From an uncultured Anaerolineaceae bacterium (lineage in GTDB: Bacteria; Chloroflexota; Anaerolineae; Anaerolineales; UBA11579), in NCBI GenBank assembly GCA_964371335.1, contig CAYJMC010000005.1, positions 3,418 through 67,417 of the forward strand: DNA of 64,000 bases. The letters run 5' to 3'. Both the position numbers and the translations under genes were made by a program. The notes under the pieces were generated by a model. The model saw only the letters and a program-made list of their open reading frames with translations, searched no databases and was not told the origin of the DNA. This document shows, piece after piece, positions 1 to 9,639 of the stretch. Numbering within the stretch: the first letter of the stretch is position 1; every line of letters starts with the position of its first letter.

Positions 1-458
1 AAATCGATGTCGTCTCCACAGAACGCAAGATTTCCAGCCCTCAGGAACGCGTGAAGGAAACCACTACGGTGGCCATGGACTTTGGACGCATCACCGTTGA
101 CGACAGCCTGGTGCTTTATCTGTTTGGCACCCCTGGCCAGAAACGCTTCGACTTTATGTGGGAGATCCTCTCCGAGGGCATGCTGGGTTTCATCGTCATG
201 GTAGACAGCACCCGACCCGAAACCTTTCGCGAAGCCCGCAGCATCCTGGAGGCTTTTCGCGCTTTCTCGCCCACCCCTTATGTGGTTGCTGCCAGCAAAC
301 AAGATCTGCCGGAGGCTTGGGATCCGGAGGACATGCGCGCCGCCCTTCGTTTAGAAGATGGGGTCAAACTCATCCCCTGTGTTTCAACAGATAAAGAAAC
401 GGTGAAAAATATCTTAATCGAATTACTTGAAAGCATCCTTCAAGAACTCGAAGGCTGA
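1..458 (+). CDS. Ras-like/MglA-type small GTPase (conservon CvnD-like ATP/GTP-binding protein), 5' end cut by window edge
   Basis: Frame is open from nt 3 into the listed 51..458 ORF. DxxG motif (LFGTPGQ) and NKxD-like motif (SKQD) are present. Stop TGA at 456-458. Confidence 0.75.
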   Translation, partial: IDVVSTERKISSPQERVKETTTVAMDFGRITVDDSLVLYLFGTPGQKRFDFMWEILSEGMLGFIVMVDSTRPETFREARSILEAFRAFSPTPYVVAASKQDLPEAWDPEDMRAALRLEDGVKLIPCVSTDKETVKNILIELLESILQELEG

Positions 459-650
459 CCTACCAGTTATTCCAGCCCTCTTTTTTATCCCGAGCTCACG
501 CAAAGTCCAGCAATGCAATTTGCTTATTGCCTGTCGCCTCAAAATCCGGTCATAGCCATAAGCCGGACGCTCATTGCCTGGATTAGTACTTAATATCTAG
601 GAACAGGCGGGTCTTAATAACGTTAACTATGACAAGCTAAATGATCAAAC

Positions 651-1043
651 ATGCCCTCTCACCCGCCAACTGACATGACTAAAATCTTGATCGCCGAAGA
701 TCAGGATGACCTGCGCGACATGATCGCCCAAACTTTGCGCCTCGCTGGGTACGAAGTAGTAGCCGCCGCGGATGGAGAACGAGCCTTCCAACAGGCGAAG
801 TCCACACAGCCCGATTTGATCATCCTCGATTACGAATTGCCGCGGCTCGATGGTTCGCAGGTTTGCAGGCAGCTAAAAGCCCTGGATGCATTTTCTCAAA
901 CACCCGTCCTAATCATCTCCTCTTACGGAAATCCTCACTATGTGGAGACGAGTCTGGCTGCGGGCGCGCAAGCATTTATCCGTAAACCCTTTGAACTCAC
1001 CCACCTCACTGAAAAAGTGAATGCCTTGCTAGCCGCCGCCTGA
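651..1043 (+). CDS. Stand-alone response regulator receiver protein (CheY-like)
   Basis: Acidic cluster EDQDD, phospho-acceptor Asp in LIILDYELPRLDG and conserved Lys in FIRKPF. No output domain. The internal Met at 675 is an alternative start. Confidence 0.9.
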   Translation: MPSHPPTDMTKILIAEDQDDLRDMIAQTLRLAGYEVVAAADGERAFQQAKSTQPDLIILDYELPRLDGSQVCRQLKALDAFSQTPVLIISSYGNPHYVETSLAAGAQAFIRKPFELTHLTEKVNALLAAA

Positions 1044-1109
1044 GCTTATTCCCGACAATTTCAACTCGTTTCTGCTAGAATCCTGCAAATCCTTGCAGGA
1101 GAATCCTTG

Positions 1110-2204
1110 ATGAAAATTCGAAGCTTTTTCTTCCTGGCAATTGCAGGCTCGCTTTTGTTGGCTGCCTGCAATTTGCCGGGAGGCCAATCCGCCGAGCAGG
1201 TGCAAACCGCTGCCGCGGAAACCGTAAGCGCGCAGCTAACCCAGAGCGCGCTGCTCACCCCCAGCGCCACCAATACGCAGCCGCCCACCGCAACCTCGAC
1301 CGCATCGCTCACCCCAGCAGTAACGAACACGCCTATCGCCAGCAGCACGAACTCCGGTGGCGGTGCCGGTGGTTGCGATTACGCACAGTTTGTTTCAGAT
1401 GTGACCGTGCCCGACGGAGAAGATCACGCGCCGGACACAACTTTCGTGAAGACCTGGAAGTTGCGCAATGCAGGAACTTGCAGTTGGTCCACGTCGTACT
1501 CAGTAGTATTTGTCAGCGGCAATTCCATGGGTGGGCCGGCATCTCAAAATCTCACGGCCACAATCGCCCCCGGAACGACTGTTGACGTTTCAGTGAACCT
1601 TACAGCTCCTCACGAAGCGGGCAACTACCGGGGTTACTGGAGCCTGCGCAATGCAGCAGGTCAGCCCTTTAAGGACACCTTCTACGTGGATATCGATGTG
1701 ACCGGCAGCGGTGCAGGAACGGGCAGCGGGAAGACTTTCACCACCAGCAGCGTTGGTCAGGTGGACGCCAGTGGAACCGTAGGTTCCCTGGCCCATGCGG
1801 GTGCCAATTCCGGCACTGGCGTGCAGGGATTCGTGTCCTTCAATATTTCCACCATCCCCACGGATGCCACAATCGAGGAAGTCAAGGTGGATTTCTCCGA
1901 CTACGATACAGTCGGGAATCCGTTTGCCACCTTGGGTTGTCTGCAAGGCTTTGCGGGCAGCTACTTCCCATTGGACGCCAGCGATTACAACGCCAGCGGG
2001 TCCGGCCCCGATATGGAATGGTGCAGCACCTCTGAACTTTCGACTGTCTTTATCAATGATGACGTGGCCGACCGACTGCAGGACGCGCTCGGATCCGCAA
2101 CGACACTGGAGTACCAGCTTAAGTTCAGCGGAACCCCGGCAGGCAGCACGCTGGTTCGTTTCCTGAGCGGCATCAAGCTGATCGTCACCTACACAGAACC
2201 CTAG
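1110..2204 (+). CDS. Secreted lipoprotein with NBR1/Ig-like domain, function unknown
   Basis: ATG 1110 is preceded by AGGAGA (1097-1102). Signal peptide with lipobox LLAAC and a Thr/Pro/Ala-rich linker. Segment FVSDVTVPDGEDHAPDTTFVKTWKLRNAGTCSW resembles Nbr1_FW-type domains. Confidence 0.6.
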   Translation: MKIRSFFFLAIAGSLLLAACNLPGGQSAEQVQTAAAETVSAQLTQSALLTPSATNTQPPTATSTASLTPAVTNTPIASSTNSGGGAGGCDYAQFVSDVTVPDGEDHAPDTTFVKTWKLRNAGTCSWSTSYSVVFVSGNSMGGPASQNLTATIAPGTTVDVSVNLTAPHEAGNYRGYWSLRNAAGQPFKDTFYVDIDVTGSGAGTGSGKTFTTSSVGQVDASGTVGSLAHAGANSGTGVQGFVSFNISTIPTDATIEEVKVDFSDYDTVGNPFATLGCLQGFAGSYFPLDASDYNASGSGPDMEWCSTSELSTVFINDDVADRLQDALGSATTLEYQLKFSGTPAGSTLVRFLSGIKLIVTYTEP

Positions 2205-2238
2205 CCCTTGGGCTGGACAGATTAGTCCCCAGGCAGTA

Positions 2239-2270
2239 AAAAGTCCTTGCGATCGCAAGGACTTTTCTTT
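2239..2270 (+). terminator. Rho-independent terminator after the lipoprotein gene
   Basis: Perfect stem AAAAGTCCTTGC/GCAAGGACTTTT (2239-2250 / 2255-2266) followed by a T-rich tail TTTTCTTT. Confidence 0.8.
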
Positions 2271-3399
2271 GGATAAGATATTTCTGGCGAAACAATTGAA
2301 AAGTAAAGCCCAAGAGCTGGGCTTTACTTTAGTGGGCATCACCAGCCCAGATCCCCCGCCCCACATGGATGTGTATCAGCGCTGGCTGGAAGCCGGGTGC
2401 CATGGTGAGATGGGTTATCTGGCCACCGGGCGCGCCATTGAACGTCGCGCTGACCCACGGCGCATTTTGCCGGAATGTAAATCCATACTGGTGCTCGGCG
2501 TCCCGTACAGCAATCCAACTGGCTCACAGGAGCCCGAGCCCGGGACCGGAAGAGTAGCTGCTTACGCCTGGGGCGAGGATTACCACGAGGTACTGAAGCC
2601 TCGCCTGAAAGTTCTGGTGGGCTACCTGGAAGGGTTGGTCGGACACCCAGTTCCGAACCGCTGGTACACCGATAGCGGACCGATCCTCGAGCGGGAACTT
2701 GCCCAGCGGGCAGGTTTGGGCTGGATTGGCAAGAACACGATGTTGATCAATCCTCAACATGGGTCCTATTTCCTGCTGGCCGAAATTCTCCTGGGTATCG
2801 ACTTGGACTTCGACACACCTATTTCCACGGATCATTGTGGCAGTTGCAGGCGCTGCATCGATGCCTGTCCAACTAACTGCATCCTGGAAGATCGCACCCT
2901 GGACGCTTCGCGTTGCATCTCCTACCTCACCATTGAACTCAAGGGGCCCGTGCCTACAGACTTGCGTCCCCAAATGGGGGATTGGATCTTCGGCTGCGAC
3001 ATCTGCCAGATCGTTTGTCCTTGGAACGAACGCTTTGCGATCCAACCGGGCGATGCGGAATTTAAAGCCAGGTCTCCATCGGTGATTTTGGACGAAGAAA
3101 TAAAGTTAAGTCCGCAAGAATTCAATCGAAAATTCAAAGACAGCCCGCTCAAACGCGCCAAGCGCCGCGGTTATCTGCGCAATATTGCCATTGCACTGGG
3201 CAATGTCGGTGCTGCGGATTCCGCACCCGCGTTGGCGGAAACCCTGGCGGAAGAGATGGAACCGTTGGTACGCGGCCACGCTGCCTGGGCGCTTGGAAAA
3301 ATCGGGGGCGGGTTTGCTCGCGAAGCATTGACAAGAGCAGCTAGTCGGGAAAACGATCCGTGGGTAGTAGACGAAATCCGGGTTGCACTGACGAAGTGA
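2269..3399 (+). CDS. queG: tRNA epoxyqueuosine(34) reductase
   Basis: 4Fe-4S cysteine motifs CGSCRRCIDACP and CDICQIVCPWN, a C-terminal HEAT-like repeat and a QueG-like N-terminus (AQELGFTLVGIT). The TTG start at 2269 overlaps the upstream terminator tail, so the exact start is uncertain. Confidence 0.88.
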   Translation: MDKIFLAKQLKSKAQELGFTLVGITSPDPPPHMDVYQRWLEAGCHGEMGYLATGRAIERRADPRRILPECKSILVLGVPYSNPTGSQEPEPGTGRVAAYAWGEDYHEVLKPRLKVLVGYLEGLVGHPVPNRWYTDSGPILERELAQRAGLGWIGKNTMLINPQHGSYFLLAEILLGIDLDFDTPISTDHCGSCRRCIDACPTNCILEDRTLDASRCISYLTIELKGPVPTDLRPQMGDWIFGCDICQIVCPWNERFAIQPGDAEFKARSPSVILDEEIKLSPQEFNRKFKDSPLKRAKRRGYLRNIAIALGNVGAADSAPALAETLAEEMEPLVRGHAAWALGKIGGGFAREALTRAASRENDPWVVDEIRVALTK

Positions 3400-4254
3400 T
3401 CAGTGTTTATCCGCGTTCACCTGCACTTTTCTTCGCACCAGCTTCCAAACCCACACCAATAGAAACACTGCGGTGCACGTAAGCACAATCGCCGCACCCG
3501 AAGCGATATTGACATAGTAAGACGCGTAAAGCCCAACAACGCCTGAGCCCGCAGCGATCGCGGAAGCCAGGAACATCATACTGCGCAGGTTTTTCGTCAT
3601 CAAACTTGCTGTGGCTGCAGGCGTCACCAGCAAAGCCACCACCAATGCAACGCCCACTGTTTGCAATGAAATCACGATCGCAACCGCCATCAGAATCGAC
3701 AACAATACTTCCAATGCGCGCGCCGGCAAGCGCAGGGTCGTGACCAGCGTCGGATCAAACGATAAAACCAAGAATTCCTTATAAAACACAAAAATAATCA
3801 GCAAGACCGAAACGGCGACGCCGGCAGTTAACCAAAGATCGTTTTGCGTAACGCCCAATACATTGCCAAACAAGAAGTGAGTCAAGTCCACCGCATAGTT
3901 GCGCACGCTGGAGATCAGCGCGATGCCCAGCGCGAACATCCCGGCAAAGACAATGCCGATGGCCGTGTCCTGTCTAATGCGCACTCCGCGGCTGAGGGCC
4001 CCAATGCCCACCGAGGTGATCACCGCCGTGCCCAGCGCCCACCAAAACAGGGCGCCGCGGTCGCCCGCCGAAGCCAGGTAGCCCACCGCCAGCCCAGGCA
4101 GGATAGCGTGGGCCAGCGCATCGCCAAGAAAGGCCATGCCGCGCAGCACGATGTAACAGCCCACCAGTGCGCAGACGATGCCAACGAGCACGGCGACCAG
4201 CAGCCCGCGCTGCATGAATTCGAACGCCAGGGGTTCCAGCAGCCAATTAACCAT
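3400..4254 (-). CDS. znuB: Zinc/metal ABC transporter permease
   Basis: Polytopic membrane protein of the ZnuB/MntB/TroCD type. ATG 4254 overlaps the znuC stop by 8 nt (ATGGTTAA). A longer ORF to 4278 is possible. Confidence 0.85.
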   Translation of the reverse strand: MVNWLLEPLAFEFMQRGLLVAVLVGIVCALVGCYIVLRGMAFLGDALAHAILPGLAVGYLASAGDRGALFWWALGTAVITSVGIGALSRGVRIRQDTAIGIVFAGMFALGIALISSVRNYAVDLTHFLFGNVLGVTQNDLWLTAGVAVSVLLIIFVFYKEFLVLSFDPTLVTTLRLPARALEVLLSILMAVAIVISLQTVGVALVVALLVTPAATASLMTKNLRSMMFLASAIAAGSGVVGLYASYYVNIASGAAIVLTCTAVFLLVWVWKLVRRKVQVNADKH

Positions 4255-5092
4255 GCCGGCCTTCGGGTTCGTGCCCATGGTGGCCGCCGCTGTCGCCGAT
4301 CAGAATCCGCCCTTCAGCCGTTTCGATGACTTGCATCGTTCCGCCATAGGCCTTGGTCAGGTTTTGAGTAGTCAACACTTTATCCTGGCTGCCATAGGCA
4401 ATCAGGCGTCGGTTCAACAGCAAGATTCGATCAAACCTCGCCGCCAGTTCCAAGTCATGCGTGGCGAACAACACGGTAATGCCGCAGCCCTTGAGATCAT
4501 CCAGGAGATTGAGGATTTGTTCTTGCGAGGGAATATCCAATCCGGCCAACGGTTCATCCAGCAACAGCAGATCTGCTTCCTGGGCCAGCGCCCGCGCAAT
4601 GAACATGCGCTGCTTCTGCCCGCCAGAAAGTTCGCTGATCTGGCGGCGCGCCAGATCCTCCAGTTGGACGCGGCCAAGGCTCTGGCGCACAAAGTCCCAA
4701 TCTTTACGCGTCGGCTGGCGAAATAACCCAATGAGGCCGACGCGCCCCATCATCACTACTTCTTCGACGCTGACAGGAAAGGCCCAATCCACATTACTGC
4801 TCTGCGGGACATAGGCAAGGCACATATGCTGCGCGGGAGGATGTCCATGGATGCGCGCCTGGCCGACACTGGGCGTCAAAATACCGGCAAGAATATTAAA
4901 TAGGGTAGATTTCCCCGCTCCGTTCGGGCCCACAACTGCCACGCGCAATCCGGAGTCGATAGTTAGCGATAAATCTTCCAGGGCGCTGTGTCCGTCGAAG
5001 CGCAAACCCAAATTGCGTAATTCGAGCGCAGGGTAATCCTGCGAATGTTCCACCTTGGGCTTGGATAAAGAACGCAGCATGGGTTGCAGCAC
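4247..5092 (-). CDS. znuC: Zinc/metal ABC transporter ATP-binding protein
   Basis: Walker A GPNGAGKST, signature LSGGQKQR, Walker B LLLLDEP. The GTG start overlaps the znuA stop by 1 nt; an alternative ATG lies at 5080. Confidence 0.9.
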   Translation of the reverse strand: MLQPMLRSLSKPKVEHSQDYPALELRNLGLRFDGHSALEDLSLTIDSGLRVAVVGPNGAGKSTLFNILAGILTPSVGQARIHGHPPAQHMCLAYVPQSSNVDWAFPVSVEEVVMMGRVGLIGLFRQPTRKDWDFVRQSLGRVQLEDLARRQISELSGGQKQRMFIARALAQEADLLLLDEPLAGLDIPSQEQILNLLDDLKGCGITVLFATHDLELAARFDRILLLNRRLIAYGSQDKVLTTQNLTKAYGGTMQVIETAEGRILIGDSGGHHGHEPEGRHG

Positions 5093-5994
5093 TATTCTAG
5101 TGCCGTTACGATGGCGTCCACATCAAAGCGAATCATCTCCGTATAAGTCGCCGCAGGGCCAGTGGCGTCGCTGAGCGATTCCGTATAGATGGGAACCATT
5201 TGCACGCCGGTATCCTCGGCCACACGTTCAGCCAGGGAGGGATTCAGGCTGATCCCAACGAAAATCGCCTGCACACCGAATTGGTGGATACTGGTCTCCA
5301 GCTCAGCTAGATCGCCTGCGGTGGGTTCGCTCTGCGTGCTGTAGCCGGGGATGATAGCCCCAATGATTTCAAATCCAAAATGCTGAGCGAAATAACCCAA
5401 TGACTCGTGATCGGTAACTAGTAAACGGTTTTCGGCTGGGATACGGTTGATCTGTTCAACGGCCCAGGCCTCCAACACATCGATTTGTGTTGCGTAGGTC
5501 TCAGCATTAGATCCATAGGTGAGCGCATTAACTGAGTCAACTTCTGCCAATGACCGGGCGATGTTGTCTGCCCAAATTTTTACATTGAGCGGATTCATCC
5601 AAACGTGTGGATCAGGACCACTTTCGCCATCATCCTCCAACGTGAGCAGTTGTACGCCTTCCGAGATCACTATCACCTTTGCTTCCTGCTCTGCCAGCAA
5701 TGGCTGCAGGGTTTGCTCCAAACCCAGCCCATTAATGAACACGAGGTCAGCCTCAGACAGCCTTACCGCGTCCTGCGGGGTCGGCTCGAAAGCATGGGGA
5801 TCGGTCCCTGGGGGAATAAGATAGGCTACATCCACGAGATCGCCACCAATGGCGTTCACTACGTCGCCCACTATCTGAGTGCTGGCGACAACGCGGATCC
5901 TCCCGGAATCGGGTTGGGCAGCTGGCGAACAGGCAGCCAAGGTCGCCGAGAGAAAGGTCAGCGAAAAAGCAATTCGGGACAGAATCCACCACAT
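5092..5994 (-). CDS. znuA: Zinc/metal ABC transporter substrate-binding lipoprotein (ZnuA/TroA cluster-9 family)
   Basis: Signal peptide with lipobox LAAC. Metal-site-type motifs DPHAFEP and DPHVWMNP. First gene after the Zur-box palindrome. Confidence 0.88.
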   Translation of the reverse strand: MWWILSRIAFSLTFLSATLAACSPAAQPDSGRIRVVASTQIVGDVVNAIGGDLVDVAYLIPPGTDPHAFEPTPQDAVRLSEADLVFINGLGLEQTLQPLLAEQEAKVIVISEGVQLLTLEDDGESGPDPHVWMNPLNVKIWADNIARSLAEVDSVNALTYGSNAETYATQIDVLEAWAVEQINRIPAENRLLVTDHESLGYFAQHFGFEIIGAIIPGYSTQSEPTAGDLAELETSIHQFGVQAIFVGISLNPSLAERVAEDTGVQMVPIYTESLSDATGPAATYTEMIRFDVDAIVTALE

Positions 5995-6000
5995 ATTTAT

Positions 6001-6015
6001 TGAAAACCGTTTTCA
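6001..6015. promoter_or_regulatory. Zur box (7-1-7 perfect palindrome TGAAAACCGTTTTCA)
   Basis: Perfect inverted repeat 7 nt upstream of the znuA start. It closely matches the actinobacterial Zur operator pattern TGAAAATGATTTTCA as I recall it. Confidence 0.8.
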
Positions 6016-6095
6016 TTATACAGGGTGAAAAACTGGCGTCAAGAAATACAAATGCATGCCAACTTCGAGACTCGCCTTTCCGGGTCTAAAGCAGG

Positions 6096-6557
6096 TCAAC
6101 GACATTGGGAGCAAAGGCCGAAGAATTGCAGCCAATGCTCATGGATTTCGAAACCGCTTTCCCCCTCCAGGCGACGGCTGAAGTCTTTGAGATCATCGCC
6201 GCGGAACACTTCCACCCGACCGCAAGATTCGCACAGTAGCAAATGCTGATGGCCCTCCAGAGAGGATACATAAGCGTGGCAACCATCCGGCCGGTGTACG
6301 CGTTGCACCAGTCCCAATTCTTCGAGTTTGTCCAGCGTACGATACACAGAGACGAGGCCAAGGCGCTTGTGTCTTTCTCGACCGATTCTGTAGAGGTCGG
6401 CAGCCGTCATCGATTGGTCAGCGGCCGCTAAGACGTCCACTACTGCTCGGCGCGAGCTGGTAAGCCGGTAACCGTTGGATTGCAGGCTTTTCAACCAATG
6501 GTCAATTTTTTGGGCGACGTCAGATTCGGTAACGATTCGAGGCTGGGGCATGAGCAA
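6096..6557 (-). CDS. zur: Fur-family metalloregulator, probably zinc uptake regulator Zur
   Basis: Fur-family size and layout with HHLLLCESCG and C-terminal CSQC zinc-site motifs. Located directly upstream of the palindrome and znuACB. Confidence 0.85.
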   Translation of the reverse strand: MLMPQPRIVTESDVAQKIDHWLKSLQSNGYRLTSSRRAVVDVLAAADQSMTAADLYRIGRERHKRLGLVSVYRTLDKLEELGLVQRVHRPDGCHAYVSSLEGHQHLLLCESCGRVEVFRGDDLKDFSRRLEGESGFEIHEHWLQFFGLCSQCR

Positions 6558-6578
6558 AAATTATAACGCCCAGGTGGT

Positions 6579-7232
6579 TCACTCCCCCCAGCCGTGTTCG
6601 CCAATCAAGGGCACAAAGGCCACAGGGACTAATTCATCGTAATCGAACGTGTCTCCCTTTCGCTTCCACAACTGCAGAATCTGTCCCCAGGCCACGCCCA
6701 CGGGCAGGATCAGTCGTCCGCCATCGGCCAACTGCTGCAGCAGCGGCTGCGGAACGACGGGTGCGCTGGCGGCCACAACAATGGCATCGTAAGGAGCCTG
6801 TTCCTTATAGCCCTTGGTTCCATCCCCATGATGAACCCTGACATTATCAAAGCCCAATTCAGTCAAGACCGCAGCGGCGGCACTAGCCAAAATCTCGTGG
6901 CGCTCGATGCTGTGGACTTCTTTGGCAAGTCGTCCAAGGAGCGCCGCCTGGTAACCGGACCCCGTACCAATCTCCAGCACTTTTTCATCGCCGTTCAACG
7001 CCAAGGCCTGGAGCATGTAAGCGACGATGTAAGGTTGCGAAATGGTCTGGCCTGCCGGGATCGGCAGTGGATGATCTTCGTAGGCGCAATTTTGTTCTTT
7101 AGCCGGAACAAATCGGTGGCGCGGAACCGCGCCCATGGCATCCAGCACGCGTGGATCGCGGATGCCGCGAGCCTTCAATTGCTCGTTCACCATTCTTTCG
7201 CGTTGAAGCGAAAAATCTTCCTCGTTACCCAC
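6579..7232 (-). CDS. pcm: Protein-L-isoaspartate O-methyltransferase
   Basis: TISQPYIVAYML and SAM-binding VLEIGTGSGYQAA motifs, with typical PIMT length. Confidence 0.92.
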   Translation of the reverse strand: MGNEEDFSLQRERMVNEQLKARGIRDPRVLDAMGAVPRHRFVPAKEQNCAYEDHPLPIPAGQTISQPYIVAYMLQALALNGDEKVLEIGTGSGYQAALLGRLAKEVHSIERHEILASAAAAVLTELGFDNVRVHHGDGTKGYKEQAPYDAIVVAASAPVVPQPLLQQLADGGRLILPVGVAWGQILQLWKRKGDTFDYDELVPVAFVPLIGEHGWGE

Positions 7233-7554
7233 TGCCTTGTTTCCTCTGCAACTGCGCGATCGCTAACAATTGTTCAAAATCGTCATCGCGTGAGGCTTGA
7301 TTCCATTTTTCCGTTCCGCATGCTTCACAGCGATGCAAAATACGATAAGCGTCCGCTGCGCCAGCCACTGCCACAGGCGCCATCAAGCCGTCGCATTCAG
7401 CCTGGCGGTCGCCGGGCATTACGTCGACGTGGCGGCTCCACAGGCAGCGAGGGCAATGGTTGGTGTAACCGGTGCCCTGCACAGCATGACCGCAATGCCC
7501 GCAAACAAAATCTTCAATCCTGCGCTGGAAACGGCGGCTCATCGGTCGGCTCAT
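7225..7554 (-). CDS. RNHCP domain-containing zinc-ribbon protein, function unknown
   Basis: Contains CGHCG, the eponymous YTNHCPRCLWSRHVD segment and a further CEAC pair. ATGA overlap with the mutY stop and an 8-nt overlap with the pcm start. Confidence 0.8.
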   Translation of the reverse strand: MSRPMSRRFQRRIEDFVCGHCGHAVQGTGYTNHCPRCLWSRHVDVMPGDRQAECDGLMAPVAVAGAADAYRILHRCEACGTEKWNQASRDDDFEQLLAIAQLQRKQGSG

Positions 7555-8618
7555 TTCGCATTATCGCGCAGAGAACGAGCGATTTGTCGATCCAACTTGC
7601 CCATTGGCAATTCATCGAGTTTATTTAGGGACAGCCATCGGTGCATAGCATTAAAAACGACCTTAGGCCGGACACCGTTCAAAGTCGTGCCGAAGACCTG
7701 CAAATGAGAACTGAAATGGCTATAAGCATGTTCGTATTGCCCCAGCTTTTGAATCAGTGGAAGGGAAAGCTCCAACTTCTTATACAGCCCGCGGCGCAGC
7801 GCGGATCTGGCATCCTGCGGACTTTTGACCATCACATTTGGAAACTCCCACATGCCACCCAGCAATCCTGTGGTTGGCCTTTGCAAAACAAGCACCTGTC
7901 CCCTTTGCCGGATCACCGCAGCTGCAAAATACCTTCGAGGAATGCCAGTAAGCGTTTCCCTGACTGGGCGCTTTTCCTGAATGCCCAGCGCAAACACCCG
8001 ACAATCGCGCCGCAATGGACAGGCGGAACAATTAGGCTGCCGCGGCTTGCAAATGCTAGCGCCCAAATCCATCAGGGCCTGGTTGTAAGCAGCTGCATGG
8101 CCACGGGGCATATGTTTTGACGCCAGCGCCCAGAAGCGTTTTGTGGCGCGGCTGCTGCCAACCGGCTGTTTCACGTTGAAGACGCGAGCCAATACGCGGA
8201 TGGCATTGCCGTCTACGGCGGGTTCATCCCGGCCAAATGCCATCGAGGCGATGGCGCCAGCCGTATAGCGGCCGATGCCCGGCAAGGTCAAGAGCGCATC
8301 GACATCGCCAGGTAGCCGGCCAGCGTGTCGCGTCATGACAACCCGCGCCGCTTGGCGCAGATTGCGGGCGCGGCTGTAGTAGCCCAACCCCTCCCAAATT
8401 GCCAGAACATCTTGCTCGCTGGAACCTGCCAATGACTTGATCGTCGGAAAGCGCTTCATCCAGCGCCTGTAATAAGGCAGCATAGTTTCCAGGCGAGTTT
8501 GCTGCGCCATAATCTCCGCCACCCAGACCGCATAGGGCCGAGACTTCTCGCGCCAAGGCAGGCTGCGTCGCCGAGCGGCATACCAGCGGAGCAATTTCTT
8601 TGCAATTGAGGCTGTCAA
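7551..8618 (-). CDS. mutY: A/G-specific adenine DNA glycosylase
   Basis: HhH-GPD block (GLGYYSRARNL, LPGIGRYTAGAI), Fe-S cluster loop CKPRQPNCSACPLRRDC and a C-terminal NUDIX-like domain. Confidence 0.92.
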   Translation of the reverse strand: MTASIAKKLLRWYAARRRSLPWREKSRPYAVWVAEIMAQQTRLETMLPYYRRWMKRFPTIKSLAGSSEQDVLAIWEGLGYYSRARNLRQAARVVMTRHAGRLPGDVDALLTLPGIGRYTAGAIASMAFGRDEPAVDGNAIRVLARVFNVKQPVGSSRATKRFWALASKHMPRGHAAAYNQALMDLGASICKPRQPNCSACPLRRDCRVFALGIQEKRPVRETLTGIPRRYFAAAVIRQRGQVLVLQRPTTGLLGGMWEFPNVMVKSPQDARSALRRGLYKKLELSLPLIQKLGQYEHAYSHFSSHLQVFGTTLNGVRPKVVFNAMHRWLSLNKLDELPMGKLDRQIARSLRDNAK

Positions 8619-8641
8619 GAGGAAACTATTTGGTGCAGCGC

Positions 8642-8947
8642 CTACATCTGGAAACCGCCGCGGGCTGCGATGACCTTGTATTTAAAGTTTTCCACCAAGT
8701 CTTCCATCTGAACGCCCAGGTCTTCCCAGGCATTTGAATCGAGCAACCTGCGAGCCGAATCCATATTCGGGATCACTGCTTCGGCCAGCAAGCGAGGTTG
8801 TTCTCCGTACACCGTCAGCCAGGCTTCGCTCAATGCCACCCCGAGTGCCTCGAGCGACGGGACAAATTTGCGAATGTGGAATTCGAAATAGTCTTCTTCG
8901 CGCCCGGGTTGGATATCCCAGGTCATCAGCAATTTCACGGCAGACAT
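8642..8947 (-). CDS. Small hypothetical protein (about 101 aa)
   Basis: Start chosen at ATG 8947, one nt after the upstream TGA (TGACATG). No family recognised. Confidence 0.5.
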   Translation of the reverse strand: MSAVKLLMTWDIQPGREEDYFEFHIRKFVPSLEALGVALSEAWLTVYGEQPRLLAEAVIPNMDSARRLLDSNAWEDLGVQMEDLVENFKYKVIAARGGFQM

Positions 8948-8948
8948 G

Positions 8949-9578
8949 TCAGACAGTGGGCTCCAACACAACCACCTGCGTTTCATCTGGAATGGAGGAT
9001 TGCGTGACTTTGAGAGAGGGCTGCGCCTTGCTGCTGGTTAGACCCATTTCCTCGAGGAACTGTTTCAACGCATTCAGCTTGATACGGCTGCCGGGTGTCT
9101 TGTAATGCATCGGCACCACTATCCCAGGTTCGATCATCGCGATCACTTCGGCGGCTTTGGCCGCATTCAATGCATTCCCACCGCCCACTGGCACCAGCAG
9201 CACGTCGACGGTTCCAAACGCTTCGACCTGAGTCTGCGTAGGCACCTTAGGCATATCCCCCAGATGGCCAATCGTCACGCCATCGTAATCGTAAATATAC
9301 ACAAGATTTCGATCCTTCTTGCCTTCGTTGGTCGCAACTCCGGTCAGGAAGACCCCGCCGATTTCGTATTCGCCCGGTCCCCGAATGTCCCATTTGTAAC
9401 CCTTCACGCCTTTGACGAAGTTGTGGCCCGGCGCGTCATGGCTCACCGTGGCGATATCGGCCTTAAGCTTGAGAGGATGGTAACCTACATACGCGTGGTC
9501 ATAAGGATCCGCCACAATGGTCGGCATACTTCGTTCGGTGACGCGAAAACAGGAATGTCCGTACCAGGTAATTTCCAT
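8949..9578 (-). CDS. Metallo-beta-lactamase-fold hydrolase (UPF0173-like)
   Basis: N-terminus MEITWYGHSCFRV is typical of the UPF0173 MBL family, and the size fits. Confidence 0.8.
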   Translation of the reverse strand: MEITWYGHSCFRVTERSMPTIVADPYDHAYVGYHPLKLKADIATVSHDAPGHNFVKGVKGYKWDIRGPGEYEIGGVFLTGVATNEGKKDRNLVYIYDYDGVTIGHLGDMPKVPTQTQVEAFGTVDVLLVPVGGGNALNAAKAAEVIAMIEPGIVVPMHYKTPGSRIKLNALKQFLEEMGLTSSKAQPSLKVTQSSIPDETQVVVLEPTV

Positions 9579-9639
9579 TCACACTCCGGGCTGAAAATCC
9601 ATTATAACATCGCGGGTTAGCAGCCCGTATAATACCCGC

